DNA from: Patescibacteria group bacterium
Lineage (GTDB): Bacteria > Patescibacteriota > Minisyncoccia > Phycocordibacterales > BOKC01
Direction of reading: 5' to 3'
Assembly (NCBI GenBank): GCA_038062955.1
Contig: JBBTWE010000001.1
Coordinates: 182,304-246,303 of the forward strand
Length of the DNA: 64,000 nucleotides
Shown: positions 9,672 to 19,788 of the stretch, one piece after another
Numbering within the stretch: position 1 is the stretch's first letter
Layout: every line of letters begins with the position of its first letter
The notes under the pieces: model-generated
The model's input: only the letters and a program-made list of their open reading frames with translations
What the model was told of the DNA's origin: nothing
Database searches by the model: none
Translations under genes and position numbers: made by a program

Positions 9672-9731
9672 AATATTTGCGAATTAATTATTAATTATTT
9701 AATTGGCTTGTTGTGTGTTTCCTACACAATT

Positions 9732-10943
9732 TTAACGAATTATCTTATCAAGAAAAATTGTATCAATCGCAAGAAGCGTGTCTGGTTCATCAGTGCTAAA
9801 TTTACAAAACTGGCTAAGAGCCTTGGTATTTAAGGAAATAATCTCCGAGTTTTTTGATAAAGGCGATTCTATTAACTGACTTTTTAGGAATTCTGACCAA
9901 AATGGAACGAGAGGAGATTCCATTGCCAAAAAAATTCGGAGCGGCAACTTTTCTTTTAAGGTGTATAAAGTTTTTTTGAAATTATTCATCCACTCTGTTT
10001 CCGAGTGTTTTATAACCTCTTTTATTTTGTCGTTGAAGGTTTTTTCAGATCTTTGTTCATAAAATAATTTTATAAAAGACAACGCAATATCAGGATTGAC
10101 TGCGAACTCTTTAATCACATTTCTCAAGAAGAGATTTTTGCCAGATTCTAAATAGGACGAATCGGTAACCAAACCATCTTTTACAGAGGTCATCTCGGTT
10201 ATTTCTCCACCAACCTCTACTAGCAAATAGTCGTGCGCCTCTGGAAACATTTCTTCGATTATTGCAAAACCAGTGAGAGAAAAAGAATGGAAGATAATAT
10301 TGCTGGAAACTTGGGAATGAATTGTGCTTCCAATTTTATCCATCACTTTCTTTAAAATTTTCCCTTCAAACACAGAAAGCTCTATTTCTCGAGCCGTCTT
10401 GTTTATTGGATCTAGCACCACATAGCCATTCAGTTTGGTCTGTATTATCTTCTTCTCTATTGTTTTATATAGATCTTCTTTTTCTCCTATCTTGGTGAGA
10501 TTTTCGCCTTGTTTCCCAGTATTATTTGGGGTTTCAGAATCATACAGATTTATTTTTTTAGTGATGAGTTCTATTAGTTTTGGAGTGATTTCTGTCTGGT
10601 TTTTTTCTTTAATTCCGTAAGTTTTGATTTTTGATATGCACCACGGCGAAGAAACGATGCACAAGACATTTTTGATTTTCTTAGTTTCTAGTTTTCTTAA
10701 GCTTACATGGAGAGTTTTTGCTGATTCCTTAAGAACAATCTTTAAAAGTTTTTGGAGATTTTGGCAGATGTCGTCTATTGATTTTTCTTTGTTCCATTTT
10801 TCAGTTAAAGGCAGACTTAGTCGCCTATTTAAAATTATTTCAGGGATATGGTTTTCTTTGAGATAAACCAAAGCCACTCCAACACTGAAGTTTCCAATAT
10901 CAACAACGAGATGCACCCCTTCTTTTGTATCTTGCCCAAACAT
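9732..10943 (-). CDS. FtsA/PilM-like actin-fold hypothetical protein
   Basis: N-terminal VVDIGNFSV and a second phosphate-loop-like LVEVGGEITE. Confidence 0.65.
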   Translation of the reverse strand: MFGQDTKEGVHLVVDIGNFSVGVALVYLKENHIPEIILNRRLSLPLTEKWNKEKSIDDICQNLQKLLKIVLKESAKTLHVSLRKLETKKIKNVLCIVSSPWCISKIKTYGIKEKNQTEITPKLIELITKKINLYDSETPNNTGKQGENLTKIGEKEDLYKTIEKKIIQTKLNGYVVLDPINKTAREIELSVFEGKILKKVMDKIGSTIHSQVSSNIIFHSFSLTGFAIIEEMFPEAHDYLLVEVGGEITEMTSVKDGLVTDSSYLESGKNLFLRNVIKEFAVNPDIALSFIKLFYEQRSEKTFNDKIKEVIKHSETEWMNNFKKTLYTLKEKLPLRIFLAMESPLVPFWSEFLKSQLIESPLSKNSEIISLNTKALSQFCKFSTDEPDTLLAIDTIFLDKIIR

Positions 10944-11055
10944 TACCTAAATTATATCAGATTCTTTAAGATTTAAGATGTATCATTTAAGATTTATGAT
11001 TTCTGCCTTACGGCAGACAGGTAAAATTAATAAAAAAGCCCCACGACTAGTGAAA

Positions 11056-11253
11056 TTAGCGTGAAGCGGTGCCTCGGGCCTCTACATGTTTGCGGATGAC
11101 ATCAACAAGTTCTTTGGCTACTTGCTCAACTTGTGAGTTCATAACTTGCGATACTGGCTCATGCGGCAAACGAGATCTCATCAATTCAATCTGAAAATGC
11201 ATCAATATGTTGTGAATCTGATCCTCGCTGATAGTCTTGCTGGCAGTGTCCAT
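11056..11253 (-). CDS. Hypothetical protein, GC-rich stand-alone unit
   Basis: 65 aa; AGGAGG SD and GTTCTTTC in the leader. Confidence 0.7.
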   Translation of the reverse strand: MDTASKTISEDQIHNILMHFQIELMRSRLPHEPVSQVMNSQVEQVAKELVDVIRKHVEARGTASR

Positions 11254-11354
11254 TGTCGCCTCCTTTTTTGTGGATGTTGAGAAAGAACTGCTCGAAAAAA
11301 CATACTCTTTTTAAGTAGTTTTGTCCAATTCCTTTTTATCCTGATGTCTAGTGC

Positions 11355-13133
11355 CTATTCCAACACTGCTTTGATCCTCCTTACTCCAGCAGAAACGGCT
11401 TCTTCTTTGAGGATTTTGAATTTTCCATTCAAATCACCGGTATTTTTAACATGAGGACCTCCACAGAATTCTTTGGAGTATGCAGTTTCCAGATTTTTGC
11501 CAGAGAAATAAACATCAACTTCATTGCCGTATTCTTCACCAAAAAAATGTAGAGCTCCAACTTTTTCCGCTTCAGCCTTTGGTAGAGTTATTTTATTCAT
11601 TGGCAGTTTTTCTTCAATTTTTTCATTCACAATCTCTTCAACTAGTTTTTTCTCTTCAGGCGTCATTTTCTTTGGATGTTCAAAGTCAAAACGCAGTCTT
11701 TCTGGGGTGATATTTGATCCTCTCTGTCTGACACTTGATCCTAAAACGTCTCGCAAAGCTTGGTGAAGAAGATGGGTGGCCGTATGGTACTTTACTGACA
11801 TCTCACTTGTATCTCCAAGTCCACCTTTAAATTTTTTCTCCGCTCCCGTACGAGAAAGTTCCTGATGCTTCTTAAAAAGTTCCTCAACTTCTTGCTTTTC
11901 TATTTTAATTCCCTTTTCAAGAGCTAACTCAATAGTTAGTTCGATTGGGAATCCGTATGATTGGTATAAATTAAAGATTTCTTCAGGTTTAAAATCAGTT
12001 ATTTTCTCAAATTCTTTCATGCCCTTAGAAAGAGTATTTCGAAATTTTTGCTCTTCTTTTTCAATTTCCTGTTTTATAGTCTCTTTTTTATTAAAGAGAT
12101 TTGGATATACATCTTTATATTTTTCTATAACTATTTCTGCGATTAAAAGAATCGATCCAGGTTTTATACCTAGTTTTTCAGCATGATTAATAGCTCGGCG
12201 CAAAAGTCTTCGCAAAATATATCCTCTGTCTGTGTTAGACGGTGTTACTCCCTCAGCAATCATGAATACAGAAGTTCGAATGTGGTCAGCAACTACGCGT
12301 TTGCTTTTTGTAAGCGGCTTATTACTTAATGAGTCAATTTTTTCAAAAATCCCGTCAAATAGATCAGTATCAAAGATATTAGTTTTTCCTTGAAGCACCG
12401 CGCATACCCGTTCAAATCCGGATCCGGTGTCAACGTTTTTATTTTCAAGCTTGCCGACAACTTTGTCGTCTTTTTTGATATATTCCATGAAGACGTTGTT
12501 CCAGATTTCAACCACTTTCTGCTCGTCATCAGCCTTGAGATATTCGTCTTTGGTCATTCCTTTGTCTAACTTTCCGGTGAGATCATAGAACATTTCAGTA
12601 TCAGGACCACATGGGCCATTCGGCCCCGGTTGCCACCAATTATTCTTTGCTGGCATGAAATAAATTCGTTCGCCCGTTACATTATTTTTTTTGAAAATTT
12701 CTCGCCAAATTTCTGCGGATTCTTCATCTCGGGGTGCATCATCATTTCCTTCAAAACAAGTTACATAAAGTCTTTGTGGATCGAGTCCAAATCCTTCAGA
12801 TTTTGAAGTTAAAAGCTCATAGCTCCAGGCAATTGATTCTTTTTTAAAATAATCTCCCAAAGACCAATTCCCCATCATTTCAAAAAAAGTGAGGTGAGTA
12901 TTGTCCCCAATCTCGTCTATATCGCCAGTTCTTACGCATTTCTGAATGTTTGCCAATCTTTTCCCAGCTGGGTGAGGAGTGCCTAAAAGATATGGAACAA
13001 GTGGTTGCATTCCGGCAGTATTAAAAAGCACCGACGGGTCATTTTCGGGTATCAAAGAAGCAGACGGAATAATCGCATGTCCGCGTTTTTCAAAAAATTT
13101 TAAGAATCTCTTTCTGATTTCTTGGCTATTCAT
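11355..13133 (-). CDS. alaS: Alanine--tRNA ligase (short form lacking the C-Ala domain)
   Basis: FNTAGMQ, HLTFFEMMGNWS, DTGSGFER, the editing motifs HTATH/EFCGGPH, and GVRRIKAV. Confidence 0.97.
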   Translation of the reverse strand: MNSQEIRKRFLKFFEKRGHAIIPSASLIPENDPSVLFNTAGMQPLVPYLLGTPHPAGKRLANIQKCVRTGDIDEIGDNTHLTFFEMMGNWSLGDYFKKESIAWSYELLTSKSEGFGLDPQRLYVTCFEGNDDAPRDEESAEIWREIFKKNNVTGERIYFMPAKNNWWQPGPNGPCGPDTEMFYDLTGKLDKGMTKDEYLKADDEQKVVEIWNNVFMEYIKKDDKVVGKLENKNVDTGSGFERVCAVLQGKTNIFDTDLFDGIFEKIDSLSNKPLTKSKRVVADHIRTSVFMIAEGVTPSNTDRGYILRRLLRRAINHAEKLGIKPGSILLIAEIVIEKYKDVYPNLFNKKETIKQEIEKEEQKFRNTLSKGMKEFEKITDFKPEEIFNLYQSYGFPIELTIELALEKGIKIEKQEVEELFKKHQELSRTGAEKKFKGGLGDTSEMSVKYHTATHLLHQALRDVLGSSVRQRGSNITPERLRFDFEHPKKMTPEEKKLVEEIVNEKIEEKLPMNKITLPKAEAEKVGALHFFGEEYGNEVDVYFSGKNLETAYSKEFCGGPHVKNTGDLNGKFKILKEEAVSAGVRRIKAVLE

Positions 13134-13155
13134 ACTGAATACTATATACCATATA

Positions 13156-13767
13156 CTAACTTTGCTTCAAAACTTTAAAATCTTCTTTCAAAGTGTCTTT
13201 GGTGTGAGAATTATAGATGGCAACGGCAGGGTGATAGAGAGGAATAATTTTCATTTTTCCGAAACTTGCGTCGGTTTCGAAAATTTTCCCGTGAATTTTG
13301 GAAATTGGTTCGATGTCAAAATCTAGGCCGAATTTTCGCATAATATAATCCATTGAAAAACGCCCGAGAGTCGCAATGATTTTTGGCTTAATTATTTCAA
13401 TCTGCCTGTCCAAAAAAGGGCCGTAAACTTCTATTTCTTCCGGAAGCGGATCTCGATTCCCCGTCGGCCGATCTTTTACAATATTTGTTATATAAATATC
13501 TTTTCGATCTAATTTCACACTCTCTAAAAGTTCATCCAAAACTCTACCGGACGCTCCACAAAAAGGCTTGCCGGTTAACGCTTCGTTTTTTCCTGGAGCT
13601 TCGCCGATGAATACAATTTCGGCAAAATGACTTCCCTCTCCAATCACCGGGAAAACTTTATTAGCGATTCTTTCTTTGTATAAAGGAGAATTTTTGAGAG
13701 CAACAACCTCGTCCTTGATCTGCCTCATGAGTTCCTTCCTTTTTTCTGTTTCTACTACATCTAACAT
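13156..13767 (-). CDS. Uracil-DNA glycosylase, family 4
   Basis: IGEAPG, PFCGASG and YHPA motifs. Confidence 0.92.
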   Translation of the reverse strand: MLDVVETEKRKELMRQIKDEVVALKNSPLYKERIANKVFPVIGEGSHFAEIVFIGEAPGKNEALTGKPFCGASGRVLDELLESVKLDRKDIYITNIVKDRPTGNRDPLPEEIEVYGPFLDRQIEIIKPKIIATLGRFSMDYIMRKFGLDFDIEPISKIHGKIFETDASFGKMKIIPLYHPAVAIYNSHTKDTLKEDFKVLKQS

Positions 13768-13795
13768 TCAATAATAATAACCCCACAATCTATAT

Positions 13796-13841
13796 AAAAA
13801 AAGCGCCTCGCGATTCGTTGTTCACGAATTTCGCAAGGCGC
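13796..13841 (-). terminator. Terminator hairpin, near-identical to 43013-43060
   Basis: GCGCCTCGCGATTCG...CGAATTTCGCAAGGCGC plus a T-tract on the minus strand. Confidence 0.8.
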
Positions 13842-13870
13842 CGTTGGGCGAGCTGTAGATTTGTTACTAC

Positions 13871-14380
13871 CTACTGCGGTTTGGTGGGAGGCGGAAGGGC
13901 GTGATAAACCGTGAACTGTCGAGGGATTGCTTTGACTTTTGCTTTTTGCCCCTCTATCTCACTCACGAGTTTCCAATTGGCATCGGTCATCTCTGCGTTG
14001 AATACGCTAGCAAGTACATCCTGTTCCTTTTTGATGGCTTCCATCTCATGGGACCAGGAGGAAAGCTGGTTGATCGCCCACTGTGTTTGTGGATTATCAC
14101 CGAAGGAATCCCGCATCGATTTCAGGAAACTCTCGTAGATGAGGATGTCTCTCTGCTTCTTGTAGATTTCTGCAGCGGTATCCTCGAACCACTGGCACCT
14201 CTCGATCATCGCGCGAGGACCAAGTTTCGATGATGTCTCAAACGTAAGTTGGCTAAAGACTATGCATGCAGCCGAGAGACCAAAGATTGCACCTGCCAAC
14301 ATGGCCACAGGTAGTCTCTGTGGCCATTTACCTCTACGATCATCAAGGATCTTTTCCCCATTCAGTTTCGTGGATTCCAT
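13871..14380 (-). CDS. Membrane-anchored hypothetical protein, GC-rich unit
   Basis: 169 aa with one TM helix; GGAGGAG SD and a TTGACT-17-TATATT promoter. Confidence 0.75.
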   Translation of the reverse strand: MESTKLNGEKILDDRRGKWPQRLPVAMLAGAIFGLSAACIVFSQLTFETSSKLGPRAMIERCQWFEDTAAEIYKKQRDILIYESFLKSMRDSFGDNPQTQWAINQLSSWSHEMEAIKKEQDVLASVFNAEMTDANWKLVSEIEGQKAKVKAIPRQFTVYHALPPPTKPQ

Positions 14381-14559
14381 CTCAATTTCTCCTCCAAAAG
14401 AACTGGAACTCTGTAGCGGAGTGCCACAAAGTGTTTATCTGCTTTGAATATAAAATACTTGACTATACGAGTCAAGAGTAGAAAAAATTAAATAAAAAAC
14501 ACCCCGATATTCATCCGTTTGTTGCAGATTTTATCAAGGTGGTTATTTGTGTTTTCAAA

Positions 14560-14718
14560 TCAGAGTAACACAACGACTACATACCATACTCCACAAAGAA
14601 AAGAACCAGAGATGACGGCACCCACCAGAAAGATTGCGATGGTGAGTAGTGTGTCTAACCCGGTACGAATGGGTTTCAATTGCGGAACCCATGAAGATGC
14701 GTCTTGTTTTGGAGTCAT
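14560..14718 (-). CDS. Small membrane protein, stand-alone unit
   Basis: 52 aa from MTPKQ with a hydrophobic C-terminal half; TTGACG promoter and GTTCCTCAC in the leader. Confidence 0.5.
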   Translation of the reverse strand: MTPKQDASSWVPQLKPIRTGLDTLLTIAIFLVGAVISGSFLCGVWYVVVVLL

Positions 14719-14778
14719 ACTTTCCCTTTTGTTGTGAGGAACTTGCCGTGTAAACCATAACAAAAAATCAACTTGCCG

Positions 14779-15027
14779 TCAATATAATTTTTCAGCTTCC
14801 AGAATTTCTTTCTTTTTCTCTGTCCCCCGATTATATCCACCAGTTTTTCCATCACTGCGAATTACCCTATGACACGGAATATCTGAATTAAAGTTTTTAT
14901 TTAAGATATTGCCGACAGCTCGAAACGCTTTAGGACTCTTGGCTTTCGTCGCCACTTCTTTATACGTCAAAACTTTTCCTTTCGGAATTTTGGAAACTAC
15001 ACTTAACACTTTTTCTTTAAACAACAT
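14779..15027 (-). CDS. ogt: Methylated-DNA--protein-cysteine methyltransferase (MGMT family)
   Basis: IPKGKVLTY, RAVG and the PCHRV active site. Confidence 0.9.
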   Translation of the reverse strand: MLFKEKVLSVVSKIPKGKVLTYKEVATKAKSPKAFRAVGNILNKNFNSDIPCHRVIRSDGKTGGYNRGTEKKKEILEAEKLY

Positions 15028-15032
15028 AATTT

Positions 15033-15839
15033 CTAACCAAATAGAGTTGGAATCTCTTCTTCTGGACTATTATTTTTTATTTTAGCGATTTTTTTAGTTT
15101 TTGGTGCGGACGTTTTGGTTGAATTTTCTGGTAATTTATCTTTATAAAGTTCTTTGATTACTAAATTCGCGTTTTTTCTGTAAGAGCAATGTTCGCAGTC
15201 GTTGTTTGCATCCGGCAAAGTGTCTTGTTTTAGACATTCTGAAATCTCTAAAAGCACTCCAGGAATCCACGAACTGTCCCCTTCATAAGTAATAACATCA
15301 ACATCAAATTCTAATTTTCCATCAAAGGCTTTTTCGTCCTTTCGGCCATTCACATAAACAAAGTAGCCGGTATTTGAAACATTGTGGCCATTTTGTTTGA
15401 AAAGCCACTGATAAATTTCCATCTGCCTTTTGTAAGCCTGTTGCCAATGTCCGTCGAGATTTGGTTTTTCATTTTTGGAAGTGGCCTTGTAATCTACAAT
15501 GTGAAGTTCTCCATTATCATTCTTCCAAATATCGTCAATTGCGCCGTATACCAAAAAACCCGTTGCTTCATGTTTGTGTTGAATGCCGGTAAAGTTATGT
15601 CGCCATTTTTCTAATTCGGCATGGGCAAATGGAATTGCATTTATCCCATATTTCTTCATGAGAGGGTGAGCTTCTTTGTTCGCCCTATGAATATCAAATT
15701 CTTTTTTTAAGAGATGGTCGACGGCGCTGTTTAAGGTAAAAGCTGGCATCGAGGGACGCTTAACTTGCAATTTTTGATCCAAATAAAAACAGCGTTTACA
15801 TTGGATAAATAAGTCTATTTTAGATCTGCTAAGTTTCAT
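15033..15839 (-). CDS. PD-(D/E)XK nuclease family protein
   Basis: GAIDD...IVDYK, QMEIY and CxxC motifs. Confidence 0.85.
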   Translation of the reverse strand: MKLSRSKIDLFIQCKRCFYLDQKLQVKRPSMPAFTLNSAVDHLLKKEFDIHRANKEAHPLMKKYGINAIPFAHAELEKWRHNFTGIQHKHEATGFLVYGAIDDIWKNDNGELHIVDYKATSKNEKPNLDGHWQQAYKRQMEIYQWLFKQNGHNVSNTGYFVYVNGRKDEKAFDGKLEFDVDVITYEGDSSWIPGVLLEISECLKQDTLPDANNDCEHCSYRKNANLVIKELYKDKLPENSTKTSAPKTKKIAKIKNNSPEEEIPTLFG

Positions 15840-15971
15840 CCCGTAGTGAAATTTCAGGTAGTTTTGATACCAAAACTTACCGAGATTATATTTAAAATTG
15901 TAAATTAAGAAAAAACTAACCGGTAATATTATTTAGATCTAGTAGTATCAACCTGAAATTCTACTACGGGA
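15839..15971. mobile_element. Miniature inverted-repeat element at the nuclease start codon
   Basis: TCCCGTAGTGAAATTTCAGG...CCTGAAATTCTACTACGGGA with TTCA duplicated on both sides. Confidence 0.8.
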
Positions 15972-15975
15972 TTCA

Positions 15976-16449
15976 TCAATTGTTCTCGGGAGTTTCTGAA
16001 ACAGATCTTGTTTCCGTTCTTCCAATCGATCTTTTGAGTTTGTCTTCGATGACCCAGACTATAGTGAAAGTAAAAAGTGTGAGAAATGAGGCAAATAAAG
16101 CTAAAGCAAATAATTTGAAACCGACAGCAATGCCAATCCCGCAAGCAACCCAAAGACCGGCGGCGGTTGTTAGCCCTTCAATTTTATTCTCTCTGAAGAT
16201 GATGAGACCAGAGCCAATAAAGCCAACCCCCATTACTATGCCGGCGGCTATTCTCATTGGATCGAAATTTGTTAGCCCAACAAACCCGCTATTCATGGTG
16301 GCGGAAGTGATAATAAGTAAGCATGACCCCATGGAAACTAGTCCATAAGTTCTCATTCCAGCGGTTTTTCCAGCAAATGTTCTTTCAGAGCCAAGCAAAG
16401 TACCTAAGATAATAGCGACTATTAGTTGGATGTAAGGCATATATTCCAT
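15976..16449 (-). CDS. MgtC/SapB family membrane protein
   Basis: ER...AGMRTYGLV, DPMRIAAGIVMGVGFIG and GLTTAAGLW. Confidence 0.92.
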   Translation of the reverse strand: MEYMPYIQLIVAIILGTLLGSERTFAGKTAGMRTYGLVSMGSCLLIITSATMNSGFVGLTNFDPMRIAAGIVMGVGFIGSGLIIFRENKIEGLTTAAGLWVACGIGIAVGFKLFALALFASFLTLFTFTIVWVIEDKLKRSIGRTETRSVSETPENN

Positions 16450-16519
16450 GTTATTTTTATTGTAAAGAAATATTATCTCTCTCAAATTCATTATACCGCT
16501 AGCGTATACCAAATACCAA

Positions 16520-17347
16520 TTAAATTGGACAAACCACGGAAACTTCTTTTCCAATTTCTTCCAATTTTTCTTTGTTAAGTCTTAAAGATTTTAGTACTTC
16601 CGAATCTGGCCTAAGACTTTTACACAAAACTGTGCCGGAACTTAAAATTGCCGTCTTTTGGGTGTTGCTCAAACTTTGTAAGCAAGTAATTGGGTGAAGT
16701 CCTGAGTCTTGGATTATATCCTGCAAATTTCCTTGATTTGGATAGTTCCAGCCAATCATGATCATTCCTGCGCACTTTCCGTAATTTATCGCGCTAGAGC
16801 TAAATTTTGTATTTGTAACTAGCCAATTCTCATCAAATTTTCTTTTTCCACCGTAATCAAATTCAATATTCGCCAAGTCCTCACTTCGTGCCTTTACATA
16901 GAGCGCGGTTTTTAAATCACTTTTTACTCCAAGTGAATTATGAAATTTGGCCTCTATCGCTATTAGTTTATTTTTATTATAGGCGATCACATCGATCTCA
17001 TGTTCGGCGCATTTTCCGCGAATTATTTGATCAGTTTTAACCGTGTAGCCCTTTTCTTTCAGTATCTCACCAAGATATTTTTCAAAAGGAAATCCTGATG
17101 GCCCCAGAGTGAGAATAGCCCTTCGCAGAGAATAGCTTAAGGCAACTGGTTTTGATTTCTTCTCCAACAGAAAAAAAGCGTGCTTATAAATTTGATCGGT
17201 GCCCATGCCTTCACGGAGTTCTTTTTCAACGTGAGCTATTATTTCTTCGGTTAATTCTTCCGATGCTTTTGATCGTAAAAGAGAATCTCTTAATTTATTA
17301 GGATCAAAATCCTCGAGTTCGCCGTTTTGTTTTGTTATTTTTATCAT
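16520..17347 (-). CDS. ATP-cone plus restriction-endonuclease-like protein
   Basis: N-terminal ATP cone (ITKQNGELEDFDPNKL) and a FEK...EIDV...IEAK nuclease motif. Confidence 0.8.
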   Translation of the reverse strand: MIKITKQNGELEDFDPNKLRDSLLRSKASEELTEEIIAHVEKELREGMGTDQIYKHAFFLLEKKSKPVALSYSLRRAILTLGPSGFPFEKYLGEILKEKGYTVKTDQIIRGKCAEHEIDVIAYNKNKLIAIEAKFHNSLGVKSDLKTALYVKARSEDLANIEFDYGGKRKFDENWLVTNTKFSSSAINYGKCAGMIMIGWNYPNQGNLQDIIQDSGLHPITCLQSLSNTQKTAILSSGTVLCKSLRPDSEVLKSLRLNKEKLEEIGKEVSVVCPI

Positions 17348-17350
17348 ATT

Positions 17351-18337
17351 TTAATAGAGATGTTCATTTTTATTTGCCACATGTTCTTCAAATGATTCGG
17401 CATAAAACATATTACCATTTTTGTCGGACAGAAAATATAAATAGTCATTTTCTTCTGGTTGAATTGTTGCCAGGATGGCGTTTAATCCTGGATTTGAAAT
17501 CGGGGTCGGTGTAAGTCCAGAATACAAATAAGTGTTATAAGGTGAATCGATTTTTAAATCTTTCTTGGAGAGTTGATACGTGTTCTTGCCGTTAATATAT
17601 TTAAACGTCACATCTACTTGAAGAGGCATCTTTATTTCCAATCTTTTCCAAAGAATTCCTGCAATCATTCTACGCGCTTCTGTTGTTGAAGCTTCTTTTT
17701 CCACAATTGATGCCATTGTTAATACTTTGTCGAGCGGTTTACCAAAGTTTTCCAATTCATCTTTAATTACTTTAATTTTTTCTTCAAAATTTCGTTCCAT
17801 TATCTCTATAAAATCTTTTGTTTTGGTGTTAGGCGCAAAAAAATAAGTGTCGGGGAATAAATAACCTTCTTTATCTTTTGCTAATTGTATAAACTCTTCT
17901 CGATCAAACTTAGTAAAGTTTTTTTGGAGGAGATCAGCAATTTCAAAAATATTTAATCCTTCTTGGATTGTAATACGAATAGATTGGAGTCCGAAATCCC
18001 CTCTCGTAATTCTTTTTGCCAAGTTAAAAGCGCCAATTGGTTTGTCGAAAAAATAATCACCGGCTGGAATATTATTTTCTTTTTTTAGGAAAATAACTGA
18101 ATTTTTTAGCCAAAATGTTGATTTTATTAAATTCTCTTTTTTTAAATTCTTCGCAATTTCTCCAAGAGTTTCACCTTTTTCAATAGTAAAAATGATTTTG
18201 TTTGGAAAGTTGGTTGGCGCCTGAAAACGCAAATTCAAAAAAAGGGTTATTGTCAAAAGAATTAAAATAAAAAAAATGCCCAAAATAAAATGATGGTTTT
18301 TATCTTCCAGATATTGTCTAAAATAAAATTTTTTCAC
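17351..18337 (-). CDS. mltG: Endolytic transglycosylase MltG
   Basis: EGYLFPDTY, MASIVEKE, LQVD and SPYNTY...GLTPTPISNPG. Confidence 0.93.
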   Translation of the reverse strand: MKKFYFRQYLEDKNHHFILGIFFILILLTITLFLNLRFQAPTNFPNKIIFTIEKGETLGEIAKNLKKENLIKSTFWLKNSVIFLKKENNIPAGDYFFDKPIGAFNLAKRITRGDFGLQSIRITIQEGLNIFEIADLLQKNFTKFDREEFIQLAKDKEGYLFPDTYFFAPNTKTKDFIEIMERNFEEKIKVIKDELENFGKPLDKVLTMASIVEKEASTTEARRMIAGILWKRLEIKMPLQVDVTFKYINGKNTYQLSKKDLKIDSPYNTYLYSGLTPTPISNPGLNAILATIQPEENDYLYFLSDKNGNMFYAESFEEHVANKNEHLY

Positions 18338-18346
18338 TTGGATTTG

Positions 18347-19621
18347 TTAGATCGGTAAATTAGAAGGTGGTTTAGCTTTCTTAGCCTCGATTCTAGTTAA
18401 TGTTGGAGTTGTGGCAACTTGGCCAGGGAAATGATAAATCGTTGCAAGCTCTTCGGTGGTCAAAATAAAAGGTTCGGCATTATAGTCATGATAGGGCGGC
18501 CTGAAAAAAGATCTCATCTTATAAGCTTCAAGCATGTGTTTCTCGTAACTCGTTCGTAATTTTGCCATATAATTTTTGACTCCAGGAACCCAGCTAAAAA
18601 TATTTATCCAGTCTTTAGTATTATCACTATGATCGGTATACCATCCCAAACCGAATTTATTTAGGGAAAGTGAATTGTATTGCCTGATGCTTCCGATAAG
18701 AGCTGGAATGTTTGCGGCGTTAAAGGATTCATTTTTAGCTATGTAAAAACCTCGGATCATTGTGTCAAAAGGATATTTACCTAAACTTCTCTCAATTGCT
18801 GAAATTTTTTCCACTTGTCCTTTTGTTGGGTTTGGAAACCCCGGAAAATCGCTACCTTCAATTTCTGGTGTAGCTTCTTTTCGAATTTTTTCAATCTCTT
18901 CTTTGGCTTCGTTTTTCCAATTTTCTTCTTTGAAGAGTCGTCCTTCTCGCAAGCCTTCTTTTTTATGAACTTGAATTAAAATTTGAATCCAAACTTGCTC
19001 ACCAGCTTTTAAAGATCCTAAATATTCCGTTACCGCTGTAAAAGGATCAACTTTAAACTCCTCGTCTTCCCCTGCGCTTTTGTCGAGTCCATAATCAATG
19101 TAAGTTTTTATTGGATAAACATCTTTTTCGTCCAATTTCCAATATGTGCCCCATACTGTAAATTTACTTGGATCATATTGAACATCTTTTACATAATCTT
19201 CTGCTTCGTAAATTTCAACAGTTGGATACTGAGCATATATCTGAGTTTCTATTAAGCCTCTGAATTTCTCTTGTGCCCAGATGAAAAATCTGACATTGCC
19301 ACCAATAGATACAAGCTCTAAAGAAAACCACGGTCTGGTTTTTCCGATCCAGTAGGTGTCGGTATACGTCACTGCTCCGCTTTGCCAAATCGAAGTTAAA
19401 AATACTTCCATAGCAAGAGGGGTCTTTGTAATATCTTTGGAAATTTTTATTTCGAGCAGAATAAATTCTTGCTGATTGATATAGTCGGTTCGGATGTAGT
19501 GCTGCCAAATTTTGAAAAATATAATAGCCAGTATTATAGGAAGAGCGAAGGTCAACAGAAAAAGAAAAAGATTAAAGGCCGGTGCAAGGACAGAGTTAAA
19601 AAGATTTGATATAAAATCCAT
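18347..19621 (-). CDS. Conserved CPR-type membrane-anchored hypothetical protein
   Basis: 424 aa with an N-terminal TM; motifs FSLELVS, YPIKTY, EELATIYHFP and PPSNLP. Confidence 0.75.
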   Translation of the reverse strand: MDFISNLFNSVLAPAFNLFLFLLTFALPIILAIIFFKIWQHYIRTDYINQQEFILLEIKISKDITKTPLAMEVFLTSIWQSGAVTYTDTYWIGKTRPWFSLELVSIGGNVRFFIWAQEKFRGLIETQIYAQYPTVEIYEAEDYVKDVQYDPSKFTVWGTYWKLDEKDVYPIKTYIDYGLDKSAGEDEEFKVDPFTAVTEYLGSLKAGEQVWIQILIQVHKKEGLREGRLFKEENWKNEAKEEIEKIRKEATPEIEGSDFPGFPNPTKGQVEKISAIERSLGKYPFDTMIRGFYIAKNESFNAANIPALIGSIRQYNSLSLNKFGLGWYTDHSDNTKDWINIFSWVPGVKNYMAKLRTSYEKHMLEAYKMRSFFRPPYHDYNAEPFILTTEELATIYHFPGQVATTPTLTRIEAKKAKPPSNLPI

Positions 19622-19766
19622 GATTTCTATTTTAACGTAAAAATAAAATAGGCGCTAGGTATCCCTCCGGGATCATAAAAACATCAGTGAAATAATCTCT
19701 ATTACTTGACAAGACACTCCAATTCTGTAATTGTATATGAGGATAAACCTGCACTTCGTAGGAATC

Positions 19767-19778
19767 TGTTCTTTAACA
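19767..19778 (+). promoter_or_regulatory. boxA-like motif TGTTCTTTAACA in a unit leader
   Basis: One mismatch to the E. coli rrn boxA TGCTCTTTAACA; lies downstream of TTGACA at 19706. Confidence 0.6.
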
Positions 19779-19788
19779 AGGGTTCATT

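Noticed and set aside
13156-17347. udg, ogt and two nuclease genes as a novel defence island
   Set aside because: All are common stand-alone families with host-like composition, interspersed with unrelated genes, and no methylase or effector pairing is visible.
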